Part shown: piece after piece, positions 1 through 9,928 of the stretch | How positions within the stretch are numbered: the stretch's first letter is position 1 | Layout of the letters: each line of letters opens with the position of its first letter | DNA from: Oopsacas minuta | Lineage: Eukaryota; Animalia; Porifera | Length of the DNA stretch: 64,000 bases | Reading direction: 5' to 3' | Assembly: GCA_024704765.1 (NCBI GenBank) | Contig: JAKMXF010000166.1 | Coordinates: 398,743-462,742 of the forward strand | Position numbers and translations under genes: made by a program | The notes under the pieces: generated by a model | What the model was told of the DNA's origin: nothing | The model's input: the letters and a program-made list of their open reading frames with translations, nothing else | Databases searched by the model: none

Positions 1-144
1 TCCTTCATATTTTGATTGTCCTGAAAGAGGTTGTAAAGGACCATGACTTACATAATGCTTAAATATTATGTAATCTTTAGGGGGATCTTCACATGGATCT
101 CTAGACTCAAATTCGATGCAGTTGCATCTTCTTAATCTCTCCAT
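1..144 (-). CDS. Possible 5' end or exon of an unidentified gene running off the window edge
   Basis: 48 open codons from ATG at 144 to position 1 (MERLRRCNCIEFESRDPCEDPPKDYIIFKHYVSHGPLQPLSGQSKYEG); no recognisable domain. Confidence 0.2.
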   Translation of the reverse strand, partial: MERLRRCNCIEFESRDPCEDPPKDYIIFKHYVSHGPLQPLSGQSKYEG

Positions 145-513
145 TTGATAAACAAATAAATTTAATCTAATAAAACAATTTTGGAATACCAATGCATAAT
201 ATAATAGATAAGTAATTTAATGGTAAATCATAATTTATTCCAGTTCCCAGTACTTGGTTGAAATAGGAACACTACTAAAGGCCGGACAAAAACGTTAGTT
301 TACAATAGGAAGGGGGGGCAAGTGCCCCCCCGTGGCTACGCCACTGGAATATAAATACTCGATTACCCCTGACAATGAATTATTTGAAACAAAACTTCAA
401 GGGACAGTCGTAGCGTTTCAAAATCCTGGCCGAGACCCGACCCTGGTATGCCAGATCTTGGAACACCACAATATATTAATAGATAATTAAATAATAATTA
501 AACTACAAAAGGC

Positions 514-2568
514 TTAACGAGGGTCTTCATCCCATAAGGAAGAACTAGAGTGAGGTTGGTGGTAACTATCTTGTGCAACCATCCTAAATATCCAGTAGCC
601 AGTTCTTAAGACGCGTTTTGCTAAATCTGTATCCTCACTTCCCCATTTATTTTGGAATTTCGTGGAATCCATTCCACCTAAAATTATCCAGTCAGACTTG
701 TATAAACTAAATAATCCATATCCATTAGTTGAGTAAAATCCTTCCGTTTGGCTCGGTGTGCCTTGTTTGAAATTTGGGAACATATAGAATATTATTGGAG
801 CAAACCCCGAGTATCCCTGGAAAGTATGTTTACGGATATCGTCGAGGATATGTGAAGGGTTATAGACAAAGAGATCAGTAGTGTATATGATATCATCTGA
901 ACTCTTAACACTGTCTATACCTAAATTAATAGCACCTGCTTTCGTCCAGGGTCCTACAATGTCGATTACAGTCCAGTGTTTTAGTCTACTCTGACGTAGC
1001 AATGTGGTAACATTAAACTGAGGGATCACGTAATTGACGATAATCACACCAAAATTCTCATCCCCGGTTTCATCATATATTTGTTCCATATTCTGAACAA
1101 ATTCTCTCAACATTCGTGGCAGGTTCCTGTGAGTTACAAGAATGTGTACAAATGTATCTCTTCGAATCTTCATATTTGTTGGATGACAAAACTGAGATTG
1201 AGGATAATCTTTGTGTCCAAGCACTACGTAATGAGAGAGAAGATACTCCTTCGATGAATTTAATGCAAGTGTAACCATAACTTCAATTAGATAGAGATCT
1301 CCATTATCATCGTCGTGTAGTCTTCCCATATTCATGAGACGAGAGAGATGAACAGCTGGATATGCGCCAGATATGCTTTCTATAAATAGACCAAGAATAT
1401 TCTCCTTCAATTCTTTACCTATAACTGCATCGAAAACTATTTGATCAGCCCGTGTTGACGTAATGTAGTAAAGAGTTTTAGCAGGATAGGAGCTGATTAG
1501 TTTCAGAGATGTATATTCATCTGGTATAGCTGGTTTGTAACTACATGAGGCGAATACAGAACTTGTTCCAAATTGGCTAAAATCAATAGGAGGGATAGAA
1601 AATAATGTGTTCCTCTCCTCAAAAGGGTGTAATTGATTAATCATCCATGAGCTAGGAGTGTGTAATGGTAAAGGTAATGGATTATACGTCTCAGGGACAA
1701 TTCTAACTGTGTCATTTACGAAAGGAAAGAGACAATCAGAATCTATATATTTGTAGTCAGTAGACTGCCGTTCCCATCTAACTTCTATTTCTCCAGCTTT
1801 TTTGCTAGCATAAATAAATTCAATGTACTGCTTCATTTCAGATTTCAGATAAGCATAGAAATACCTAACTTCTTCTATTATAGTGGATTTACATTTGACT
1901 GCATTGGAAGGTAGTGTATCAGGCGATATCCATAACTCTATTGATCCTATGTATTTCACTTCAAAGGAATAATTCCCATATTCTCGAGTGAGTATGTAAC
2001 CAAATATTCTTCCACCAGTACGCTCTGTTGCTTGTATTTTGTTCAGCGAGGTTGTGAAATATTTCTTCCAAGGGTTGTAGGGGTATTCGAGTTTAGACTT
2101 CAGGAAGTCAATCGAGCCGGTAAACATATCCATCCATATGTATACATTCAGAGAACCTCTTTTTAAGTTTGCAAATAATTCATTGTTCATATCATTGCTG
2201 TATAGTGCATCTGGATTTGTAAAATTAGATGGGAACTGATATGCGTTGGATATTCTCACAATCATTTTTCTTAATAAAGGAAGATTCATATCGAAATCAA
2301 TCCCATTTTGCTCTTCTGAATAGGTTTTGGTCACATTTCTTTCTTTGTTGGATGAATATGTTGACAATTCAAATTTAGGAGAAGTGTAAGAAGTGTAATT
2401 AGAGTTCACTTCGATTCTTACTATATCTGTTTTGAAGTAGTTTATTCCGAATTTAGTTATTATCAAGTAGGACAAGACACATAAACAAATTATCTTGATA
2501 CTAGTGCGGCTTATTAACCTCTTTGACAAATAACGCAAGTATCGTTTTGTTGGAACAATTGCCATCAT
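514..2568 (-). CDS. Beta-1,4-N-acetylgalactosaminyltransferase 3/4-like type II membrane glycosyltransferase (PA14-like + CHGN/GT7 domain), intronless
   Basis: 684-aa ORF; N-terminal TM anchor (IICLCVLSYLII); PA14-like GGRIFGYI..IELWIS; C-terminal IIYTTDLFVYNP, GYGLFSLYKSDW..GGMD..KFQNKWGSED, matching B4GALNT3/4 catalytic motifs (canonical WGGED). Confidence 0.8.
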   Translation of the reverse strand: MMAIVPTKRYLRYLSKRLISRTSIKIICLCVLSYLIITKFGINYFKTDIVRIEVNSNYTSYTSPKFELSTYSSNKERNVTKTYSEEQNGIDFDMNLPLLRKMIVRISNAYQFPSNFTNPDALYSNDMNNELFANLKRGSLNVYIWMDMFTGSIDFLKSKLEYPYNPWKKYFTTSLNKIQATERTGGRIFGYILTREYGNYSFEVKYIGSIELWISPDTLPSNAVKCKSTIIEEVRYFYAYLKSEMKQYIEFIYASKKAGEIEVRWERQSTDYKYIDSDCLFPFVNDTVRIVPETYNPLPLPLHTPSSWMINQLHPFEERNTLFSIPPIDFSQFGTSSVFASCSYKPAIPDEYTSLKLISSYPAKTLYYITSTRADQIVFDAVIGKELKENILGLFIESISGAYPAVHLSRLMNMGRLHDDDNGDLYLIEVMVTLALNSSKEYLLSHYVVLGHKDYPQSQFCHPTNMKIRRDTFVHILVTHRNLPRMLREFVQNMEQIYDETGDENFGVIIVNYVIPQFNVTTLLRQSRLKHWTVIDIVGPWTKAGAINLGIDSVKSSDDIIYTTDLFVYNPSHILDDIRKHTFQGYSGFAPIIFYMFPNFKQGTPSQTEGFYSTNGYGLFSLYKSDWIILGGMDSTKFQNKWGSEDTDLAKRVLRTGYWIFRMVAQDSYHQPHSSSSLWDEDPR

Positions 2569-2735
2569 GACCTTTTCAATTTCTTAGCATAAGGTGCTAA
2601 ACGTAGTATACGTAGTACTTACTTCTGCACCCTTCAATCAAAGTTTTGTACTCTAATTTGCTATATACAATATAATTTGATGTAGAACATATCAAGTACA
2701 TTTTATACTTTAATCTTTGAGCTGTAGAGTGCATA

Positions 2736-2797
2736 TACCTTACTATAGGAAATTAACGCGAATTGGAGCATTCGTGTTAATTTCCTATAGTAAGGTA
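2736..2797. repeat. 62-bp near-perfect hairpin, probably a mini-MITE bounded by TA
   Basis: TACCTTACTATAGGAAATTAACGCGAAT - TGGAGC - ATTCGTGTTAATTTCCTATAGTAAGGTA: 28-bp stem, one mismatch. Confidence 0.75.
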
Positions 2798-3385
2798 GTT
2801 GAATTCATGGCGATTTGTGAAATTTTCATGTGTCTGTGCTGACTTAAATGTATCAAATTAATTTTAGTGGATTATTGAAAATTATGCTATTCTACTAAAT
2901 ATTCATTTTAGCGCAGAAATATAAAATTGAATTTTAATAATCTTGTTAGACGTTAAAAAGTGTCAAAATCGAATTCAACGTCGTTTACCCTTATTTGACA
3001 TGTGGAAGCTAATCTCTAGGAAAATATTGATATGTTCACCTAAAGGTGAGAAATTAATCATATGATAAACCAGTATATATATTTAATTGAATGTATTGAC
3101 CAATAGAATTGCAGTCATCATCAATAATACATTACAGTGCTAATTAAAAACGTACACACCACCAGAAGAAATTTTCCAAATGTCAGGTGCACAACTAGAT
3201 GGCACTACGAGTACACATACCACATTTGGTATCTTAATCACTAAGGTGTGGACAGTAGAGCGAATACACATAGAAACCAAGATTATCCAAACAGCAGGGA
3301 TAACATCTAGTTTCTGAAAATTGCTCAATTTTCATCTCAACAAAACGCTTTATTAACCTGATACTTCGTTTTCTTTTTACGTATA

Positions 3386-4147
3386 CAGTAGAACCTCGTT
3401 AATACATACACCAAGGGATCGTCGAGATTTGCACTCCTTAACCGGAGTAAAACAATGAAATATCGATTGTACTGACGAAAATTGTATAGTTTACCAACTA
3501 AGAAGTTACACTGTATATGAAAGTAAATGATAGTAAAATAACTAAACTAACTAAGTATAAACAACGAACTATTATAGGTAGAGAATGAATTCTCTTGCAC
3601 ATTTGTAAGGTGTCGGAAAGACACCAAGGCATAGAGCCAACTTACCTGGGGGCCTTATTAACTAAAATTCTAAGAATTATTCTTAACTTAATTCTAAGAG
3701 TATTTCTAAGAATAATTCTAAGAATTCATGAAATATTCTTGGAATTATTCTTAGAAATACACTTAGAATTAAGTTAAGAATAATTCTTAGAATTAAGTTA
3801 AGAATAATTCTTAGAAGTTAAGAATAATTCTTAGAATTTTAGTTAATATAAGGCCCCTGTAGTTTATTTATGTGAAGATTTGAATAAATTTTAGTAAAAC
3901 AAATACAATTCACAATAATCCTTACTTATATCTGATTAAGAACATAATATTATGGTTCTATTAGAAATATAAATTCAGCCAAATAGAAATAGGTATAAAT
4001 CTGTATATACTTTCACTAAAGCAGTGTTCCAACGTTAATTTGGACGTATTAACTGGAGATAATCAATTGAATAACCATCGTATGGACTTGATTTGTGTAA
4101 ATATTTGTTCGTCTAATCCGGAAGTTCGTATTAATTAGGTTCTAATG
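3386..4147. mobile_element. Tc1/mariner(pogo)-type MITE hosting a nested element
   Basis: TA|CAGTAGAACCTCGTTAATAC ... GTATTAATTAGGTTCTAATG|TA imperfect TIRs with TA flanks; its interior is homologous to 47780-47950 (reverse strand). Confidence 0.55.
3649..3857. mobile_element. Nested MITE with ~40-bp TIRs and internal AAGAATAATTCTTAG repeats (Harbinger-like ends)
   Basis: GGGGCCTTATTAACTAAAATTCTAAGAATTATTCTTAACTT vs AAGTTAAGAATAATTCTTAGAATTTTAGTTAATATAAGGCCCC; flanked by TG (or CTG) duplication; empty site seen in the homologous copy near 47913. Confidence 0.8.
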
Positions 4148-5193
4148 TATACAAATAGTAAAATGTGGATTTACATAATCTGTGACTAAGAATTTTCCAT
4201 TAAATTTGGAAAAAAATGCAAATAAATCTTTACAGACGGGCGAGGATGAGAAATAAGTTTATTACTTTACATGGCCTAAATATCGAGATGCATTTGAATT
4301 GACGTGAGGTGCTCGTATCTCTGAGGTTCGGATAAGAGAGGTTCGAGTGTAGTTCTTCCTGGCTTTAGCACTTTTATCCGTAGCTATTGTTTTAAAATTT
4401 CAATTTAGGTCGCTACATTTCTAATTTTCCACTAATAATCTAATTTTATTGTTGTGATAAACCGTTCCGTAGACAATACGGATAGCTTTGTATGCAATTT
4501 ATGTATATAACAGCATTTAATTGTGCCAAATAGATTAGTGATACTGCTTAACAATGGGTCGAATGTTCTAGTTTAAAGCTAGACGGTGATTTGAGATTTT
4601 TACTGTACCGACTATACTTTAGTATAAGGCTCAGTATCAATCTTAGCGGAAAGTTATTTAGTTCCATGTCCCCTACAGCCGACACCGTTTATAATTGAGA
4701 GCCGAAATTAGTCAATGGGTTCATTGTGACCCGTAGATTTATACAATTTTTGATCTTACACAATTTCCACTGCCTAATTTCCCATAGGAATTATATCAGG
4801 TTTTTGGATAATAGAATACTAGGAGCAAAATCGTAGTAGGGTCTAAACAGTATACGATGGTATTGATATGATTTGCTAGTAGAGTCAAGGGATATTTTAC
4901 CTTTCATCACTGGAGCTCTGTGGAGGGACAACAATTTCCCATGAGGACTTAGGATTTAACTTCATAGACTCAGAAAAATTAATCTCAAATATCAAAGAAC
5001 AAGTTTTCCCTCATAGATTTATAGTGGTTGTCTTCACATTACTAAGTTTCTAGTGGTAACTAGGTTGAATTCCCATAATTATATGGTTATCAACTTACTG
5101 AAGATTAGGCCATTCGGTGAAAATGCATATTTTATAAAAGCTTAGAATATATGAATTATAGTAATTTACAATCTATTAAAATTAGAATTAGTC

Positions 5194-5814
5194 ATGTGCT
5201 TCATGTGCTTCACAAGATTACTTGGTTTTGTTATTAAGAAATCTACCCCAGGTAGAATAGCTGATTTTATATTGCTGATTGGTTGGTTGGCTGTATTGGC
5301 ATGCAATTGTATTACTCTTCTAACTAGGGGAATAATTCCTGTTTCAGCTACAGGGGTATCAAAGCTTGGAGAATGTACATTATTTATTCGTATCGTAGAC
5401 AATCAACCAATTTTAGATGCCTGTGGTAACATTTGTATATTCACAATAGTAGCTCCATGTTTAGTTGGAGTAACTACTCTCGGATTCATGTTATACCACG
5501 CTATCAAAATTTTTATGGGTGTTAATCTTAGCTGTGTGGAAATAATCATTGCAGTTCTCAGTGGCATAATCTTATTGTTTGCACTCTCTAACGCCCTTAT
5601 TATTACATTCTGTTTCATTTTACTTTGGTTAAACATTACCACTAATGTACAGGCTGAGGCAACAATAACAATAACATTATGTTGGATTACAGTATTAATC
5701 CTTCTTATCCTTACCGGATTATACATTATCAGAGGTACAGTATATTATCAACGGAAGAAGCATGGTTCTGGACCTATTGCAGATGTTACCAATATGGCAT
5801 CAGCGATGGTGTAG
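5194..5814 (+). CDS. TMEM179-like four-transmembrane protein, copy 1 (short second loop)
   Basis: 206 aa, four hydrophobic segments, G-E-C-T-L-F and C-I-F motifs; paralog of 7370-8077. Confidence 0.6.
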   Translation: MCFMCFTRLLGFVIKKSTPGRIADFILLIGWLAVLACNCITLLTRGIIPVSATGVSKLGECTLFIRIVDNQPILDACGNICIFTIVAPCLVGVTTLGFMLYHAIKIFMGVNLSCVEIIIAVLSGIILLFALSNALIITFCFILLWLNITTNVQAEATITITLCWITVLILLILTGLYIIRGTVYYQRKKHGSGPIADVTNMASAMV

Positions 5815-7369
5815 CACGTCCTCAAAAATCAATGGATTTATTTATACTTATGAATAAACATATTTTATATGGCTTGTAAACTTTTTTATTGTTTGTTAAT
5901 TTGTTTATATGCTTTTACTTGTATATAAAGGCGTAATATAATGTTTACATATATTTCAGTTATTTTAATTTTGAAAAGGTTTCGATTCCCGAGTTTATGC
6001 GCTATCGAAATAATAATGTTACGCCCAGTGGTGCTATGTGGCATTAATTATGTGTACACCGTACACAGTAATTAGCTAATTAGCTAACTAGCCGTGGTTG
6101 GTCACTTGGGGTGTAATCATGGGCGTAGGACGCGTCCCCGTACCCTTTGGTCCCCTAAAAATTGGTCCGGGGAGGCCAAAAATGCCCAGGACTTTACTTT
6201 ACCCGGATTGGTGTCCAGGCTTCCAGGAAATATTATCGGATGCCAGATTACCCCCTGATTGTTTGATTGGCAGTTTAGAGCTTGGTCTAGCTATTGAAAT
6301 GGAGATTTTCTCAAATTAGTTAATTATCAAGCTTTTCAGGTACTGATACTTCTTGAATCAGATATGACTCTCCATACCGTACTTTAGGGGTCAGAATTTT
6401 TCTACCATTATTCACTTATCTATTCTCTGCCACAATATAATATAATATGAAATTGCTCTAACGAGCAGCTTCGCTTACTAGCGCTGTGAGGCTTACGAAC
6501 AGGGAATTCCAAAGTAGAAATAGGTATATACCCAGAAAAAACATCACTGATTTCGGAAGGAGATGTCTGGGTTTGGACTTTTGAAAATCTGCCAATCTTA
6601 CCTCGTAGAATACTAACCGAAGTACGCTTATCCGCATATTCTTCCCGTATTCAGTGGAAACATCATCCGAACCGGTATAATCCGGAAGACCTCTATAATC
6701 TGAAATAGCTTCCGACAATAACAATTCACCTCCATAGTCAGGCAATTTACTACTAATCCGACGAGTGTTGGTTTATGCAGGTTCCACTGTAATTTGTAGA
6801 AGAAGCCGACACCGTTTATTATTGAGAACCAAAAATTAGTCAATGGGTTCATTGTGACCTGTAGATTTATACAATTTTTGATCTTACACAATTTTCCACT
6901 GCCTAATTTTCTCATAGGAATTGTATCAGGTTTTTGGATAATAGAATACTTGGTGCAAAATCGTAGGAGGGTCTAAACAATATACGATGGTATTGATATG
7001 AATTTGCTAGCAGATTCAAGGGATATTTTACTTTTCATCACTGGAGCTGATGCACAACTGGAGCTCTGTGGAGGGATAACAATTTCCCATGAGGACTTAG
7101 GATTTATCTTCATAGACTCAGAAAAATTAATCTCAAATATCAAAGAACAAGTTTTCTCTCATAGATTCATAGTGGTTGTCTTCACATTACTAAGTTTCTA
7201 GGAGGTAACTAGGTTGAATTCCCATAATTAGATGGTTATCAACTTACTGAAGATTAGGCCATTCAGTGAAAATGTATATTATAAAAGCTTAGAATATATA
7301 AATTATAGTAATTTACAATCTATTAAAATTAGAATTAGTTAACTCAAGGAATTAATAATTATAGTCTAA

Positions 7370-8077
7370 ATGTGGCTCAGAATATTACTTGCTTTTCGTA
7401 GTAAGAAATCTACTCCAGGTAGAATAGCTGATTTTGTATTGCTGATTGGTTGGGTAGCTGTTTTGGTATGCAATTGTATTACTCTTCTAACTATGGGAAT
7501 AATTCCTGTTTCATCTACAGGAGGGGTATCAAAGCTTGGAGAATGTACATTATTTATTCATTTCGAAGAAGTTGATGGTGAACAAAAACCATTTTTGGAT
7601 GCCTACGGTAGTAACATTTGTATATTCACAATAATAGCTCCATGTTTAGTTGGAGTAACTACTCTCGGATTCATGTTATACCACGCTATCAAAATTTTTA
7701 TGGGTGTTAATCTTAGCTGTGTGGAAATAATCATTGCAGTTCTCAGTAGCATAATCTTATTGTTTGCACTCTCTAACGCCTGTATTATTACATTCGGTTT
7801 CATTTCATCTTGCACAAACATTGCCAGTAGTGAAATGGCGGATTCAAAGTCCGCACAAGCCTGTGGTTCAGGAATTTGGAACGCAATAACAACAGGTTCT
7901 AATTATGAAGTATTCAATACACTAAATGCATCACAAAGTTCTTCTTGGATTACAGTATTAATCCTTCTTATTCTTACTGTATTATACATTATCAGAGGTA
8001 CAGTATATTATCAACGGAAGAAGCATGGTTCTGGCCCTATTGCCGATGCTACCAATATAGCATCAGCGATGGTGTAG
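7370..8077 (+). CDS. TMEM179-like four-transmembrane protein, copy 2
   Basis: 235 aa, 4 TM; GECTLF...G..IC.F, IIT.GF..SC..I......C...and L..SQ...W pattern as in the TMEM179 family. Confidence 0.65.
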   Translation: MWLRILLAFRSKKSTPGRIADFVLLIGWVAVLVCNCITLLTMGIIPVSSTGGVSKLGECTLFIHFEEVDGEQKPFLDAYGSNICIFTIIAPCLVGVTTLGFMLYHAIKIFMGVNLSCVEIIIAVLSSIILLFALSNACIITFGFISSCTNIASSEMADSKSAQACGSGIWNAITTGSNYEVFNTLNASQSSSWITVLILLILTVLYIIRGTVYYQRKKHGSGPIADATNIASAMV

Positions 8078-9456
8078 CACGTCCTCAAGAATCAATAGAG
8101 TTATTTATAGTTATGAATAAACATATTTTAAATGGCTTGTAAACTTTTTTATTGTTTGTTCATTTGTTCATTTCTTTATATGCTTTTACTTGTATTTAAA
8201 GTGTAATATAATGTTAACATATATTTCAGTTAATTTAATATTTGAAAAGTTTTAGTTCCCGAGTTTATGTACTATCGAAATTATACTCTTGCACCTAGTG
8301 GTGTTATGTGGCATTAACTATGTATACAGCAATTAGCTAATTAGCTAACTAGCTGTGGTTGGTCACTTGGGGTGTAATCATGGGCGTAGAAAGCGCCCCC
8401 CATACCCTTTGCCCCCCTAAAATTGGTCCAAGGGGACCAAAATTCCATGGAAAAATGGTTCCTACCTTGAAAATGTTTGTCCCACAATAGGACCATTTTT
8501 CCATGGAATTATTGTCCTAGGTCCAAAGATTTATGAAAACTTTGGTGTTTATTGCATAGACCTCAACCTATTACACTCCAAATGTTGGTCATCACACGGT
8601 TCATCGCAATTATGTACAAGTAATGTTATTAGTTTCGATGAAAGACGAACCTAACATAATTTACAAGTATATATCAAATTGGAAATTTCGTCTACAAATT
8701 ATGATGACTACAAATGCTAGCCTAACCAGCATTTGGCTGGTCACTTCGAGTTTATGATTTTGGCCACTATTCGATTAATAGCCCAGGACTTTACTTGAAT
8801 TAGTGTCCAGCTTCCAGGAAATTTATCGGATGCCAGACTACCTCCTGATTGATGGATTGGGAGTTTTAGAGCTTAGTCTAGCTCTTGAAATGGAGATTTT
8901 CTCAAATTAGTTAATTATCAAGCTTTTCAGGTACTGATACTTCTTGAATCAGATATGACTCTCCATACCGTACTTTAGGGGTCAGAATTTTTCTACCATT
9001 ATTCACTTAACTATTCTCTGCCACAATATAATATAATATGAAATTGCTCTAACGAGCAGCTTCGCTTACTAGCGCTGTGAGGCTTACGAACAGGGAATTC
9101 CAAAGTAGAAATAGGTATATACCCAGAAAAAACATCACTGATTTTCGGAAGGAGATGTCTGGGTTTGGACTTTTGAAAATCTGCCAATCTTACCCCGTAG
9201 AATACTAACCGAAGTACGCTTATCCGCATATTCTTCCCGTATTCAGTGGAAACATCATCCGACACCGGTATAATCCGGAAGACCTCTATAATCTGAAATA
9301 GCTTCCGACAATAACAATTCACCTCCATAGTCAGGCAATTTACTCATAATCCGACGAAATTTTATGTCCCGATGAGTGTTGGTTTATGCAGGTTCCACTG
9401 TAATTTGTAGAAGAATATATAGTTTTGGAGAAAAAGTACAGTAAAACTTGGCTTAA

Positions 9457-9641
9457 GACGTACTTTCGGTACATTCGGTAGGTACTTTTCTCAAAAACGG
9501 ATGATCAACTTTGTACAAATTGTGTAAGAAAATATTCGGATAAGACTTATTTCGGTTAGTACGTATTAATTGTGTTTCCCGAGGGGGTATGTTTTATCTG
9601 AGTTTTACTATACGAGTGTACGTACTAATCGTAAGTACGTC
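9457..9641. mobile_element. Short non-autonomous TIR element with TTAA target duplication (Kolobok-like purine termini)
   Basis: TTAA|GACGTACTTTCG ... CGTAAGTACGTC|TTAA. Confidence 0.5.
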
Positions 9642-9928
9642 TTAATTCTTAAGTACTCAAGAATGCAGGGAAATTACCAGACATTACAAGGTTCTACCCC
9701 TCTGCCATCGTACTATACTGGTTTATTCGTTTATAAGAGATATTTTGTGCTGAATCTGTTTATAAGATATAACAGAACTTTATAGCTGTCATCTCGCATA
9801 AGTCCCTTGAGTGCTACCATTAACTGGTTCTATTGTATTATCTCACTAAGGCCAATGCTTATGAGATCTAGCGCCACCCCTCCGCAGATTCAAATATTTA
9901 CAGTAAAACTTTTAATTATCAGATTGAA

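Larger units (their letters stand above)
4678..9415. repeat. Direct tandem duplication: unit 1 4678-6804, unit 2 6805-9415
   Basis: Both units begin GCCGACACCGTTTAT and end GTAATTTGTAGAAGAA; roughly 90% identical by eye; unit 2 has about 340 bp extra at ~8440-8780. Confidence 0.9.

Noticed and set aside
3595-3777. ORF with repeated LRIIL/LELFL
   Set aside because: Translation of the internal AT-rich repeats of the nested MITE
5975-5995. GTTTCGATTCCC resembling a tRNA T-loop
   Set aside because: No acceptor, D or anticodon stems around it
6458-6745. 95-aa ORF with a hydrophobic tail, and ORF 6998-7201
   Set aside because: Shared between units only because of the tandem duplication; the 6458-6745 frame is broken in the other unit; no domain recognised in either
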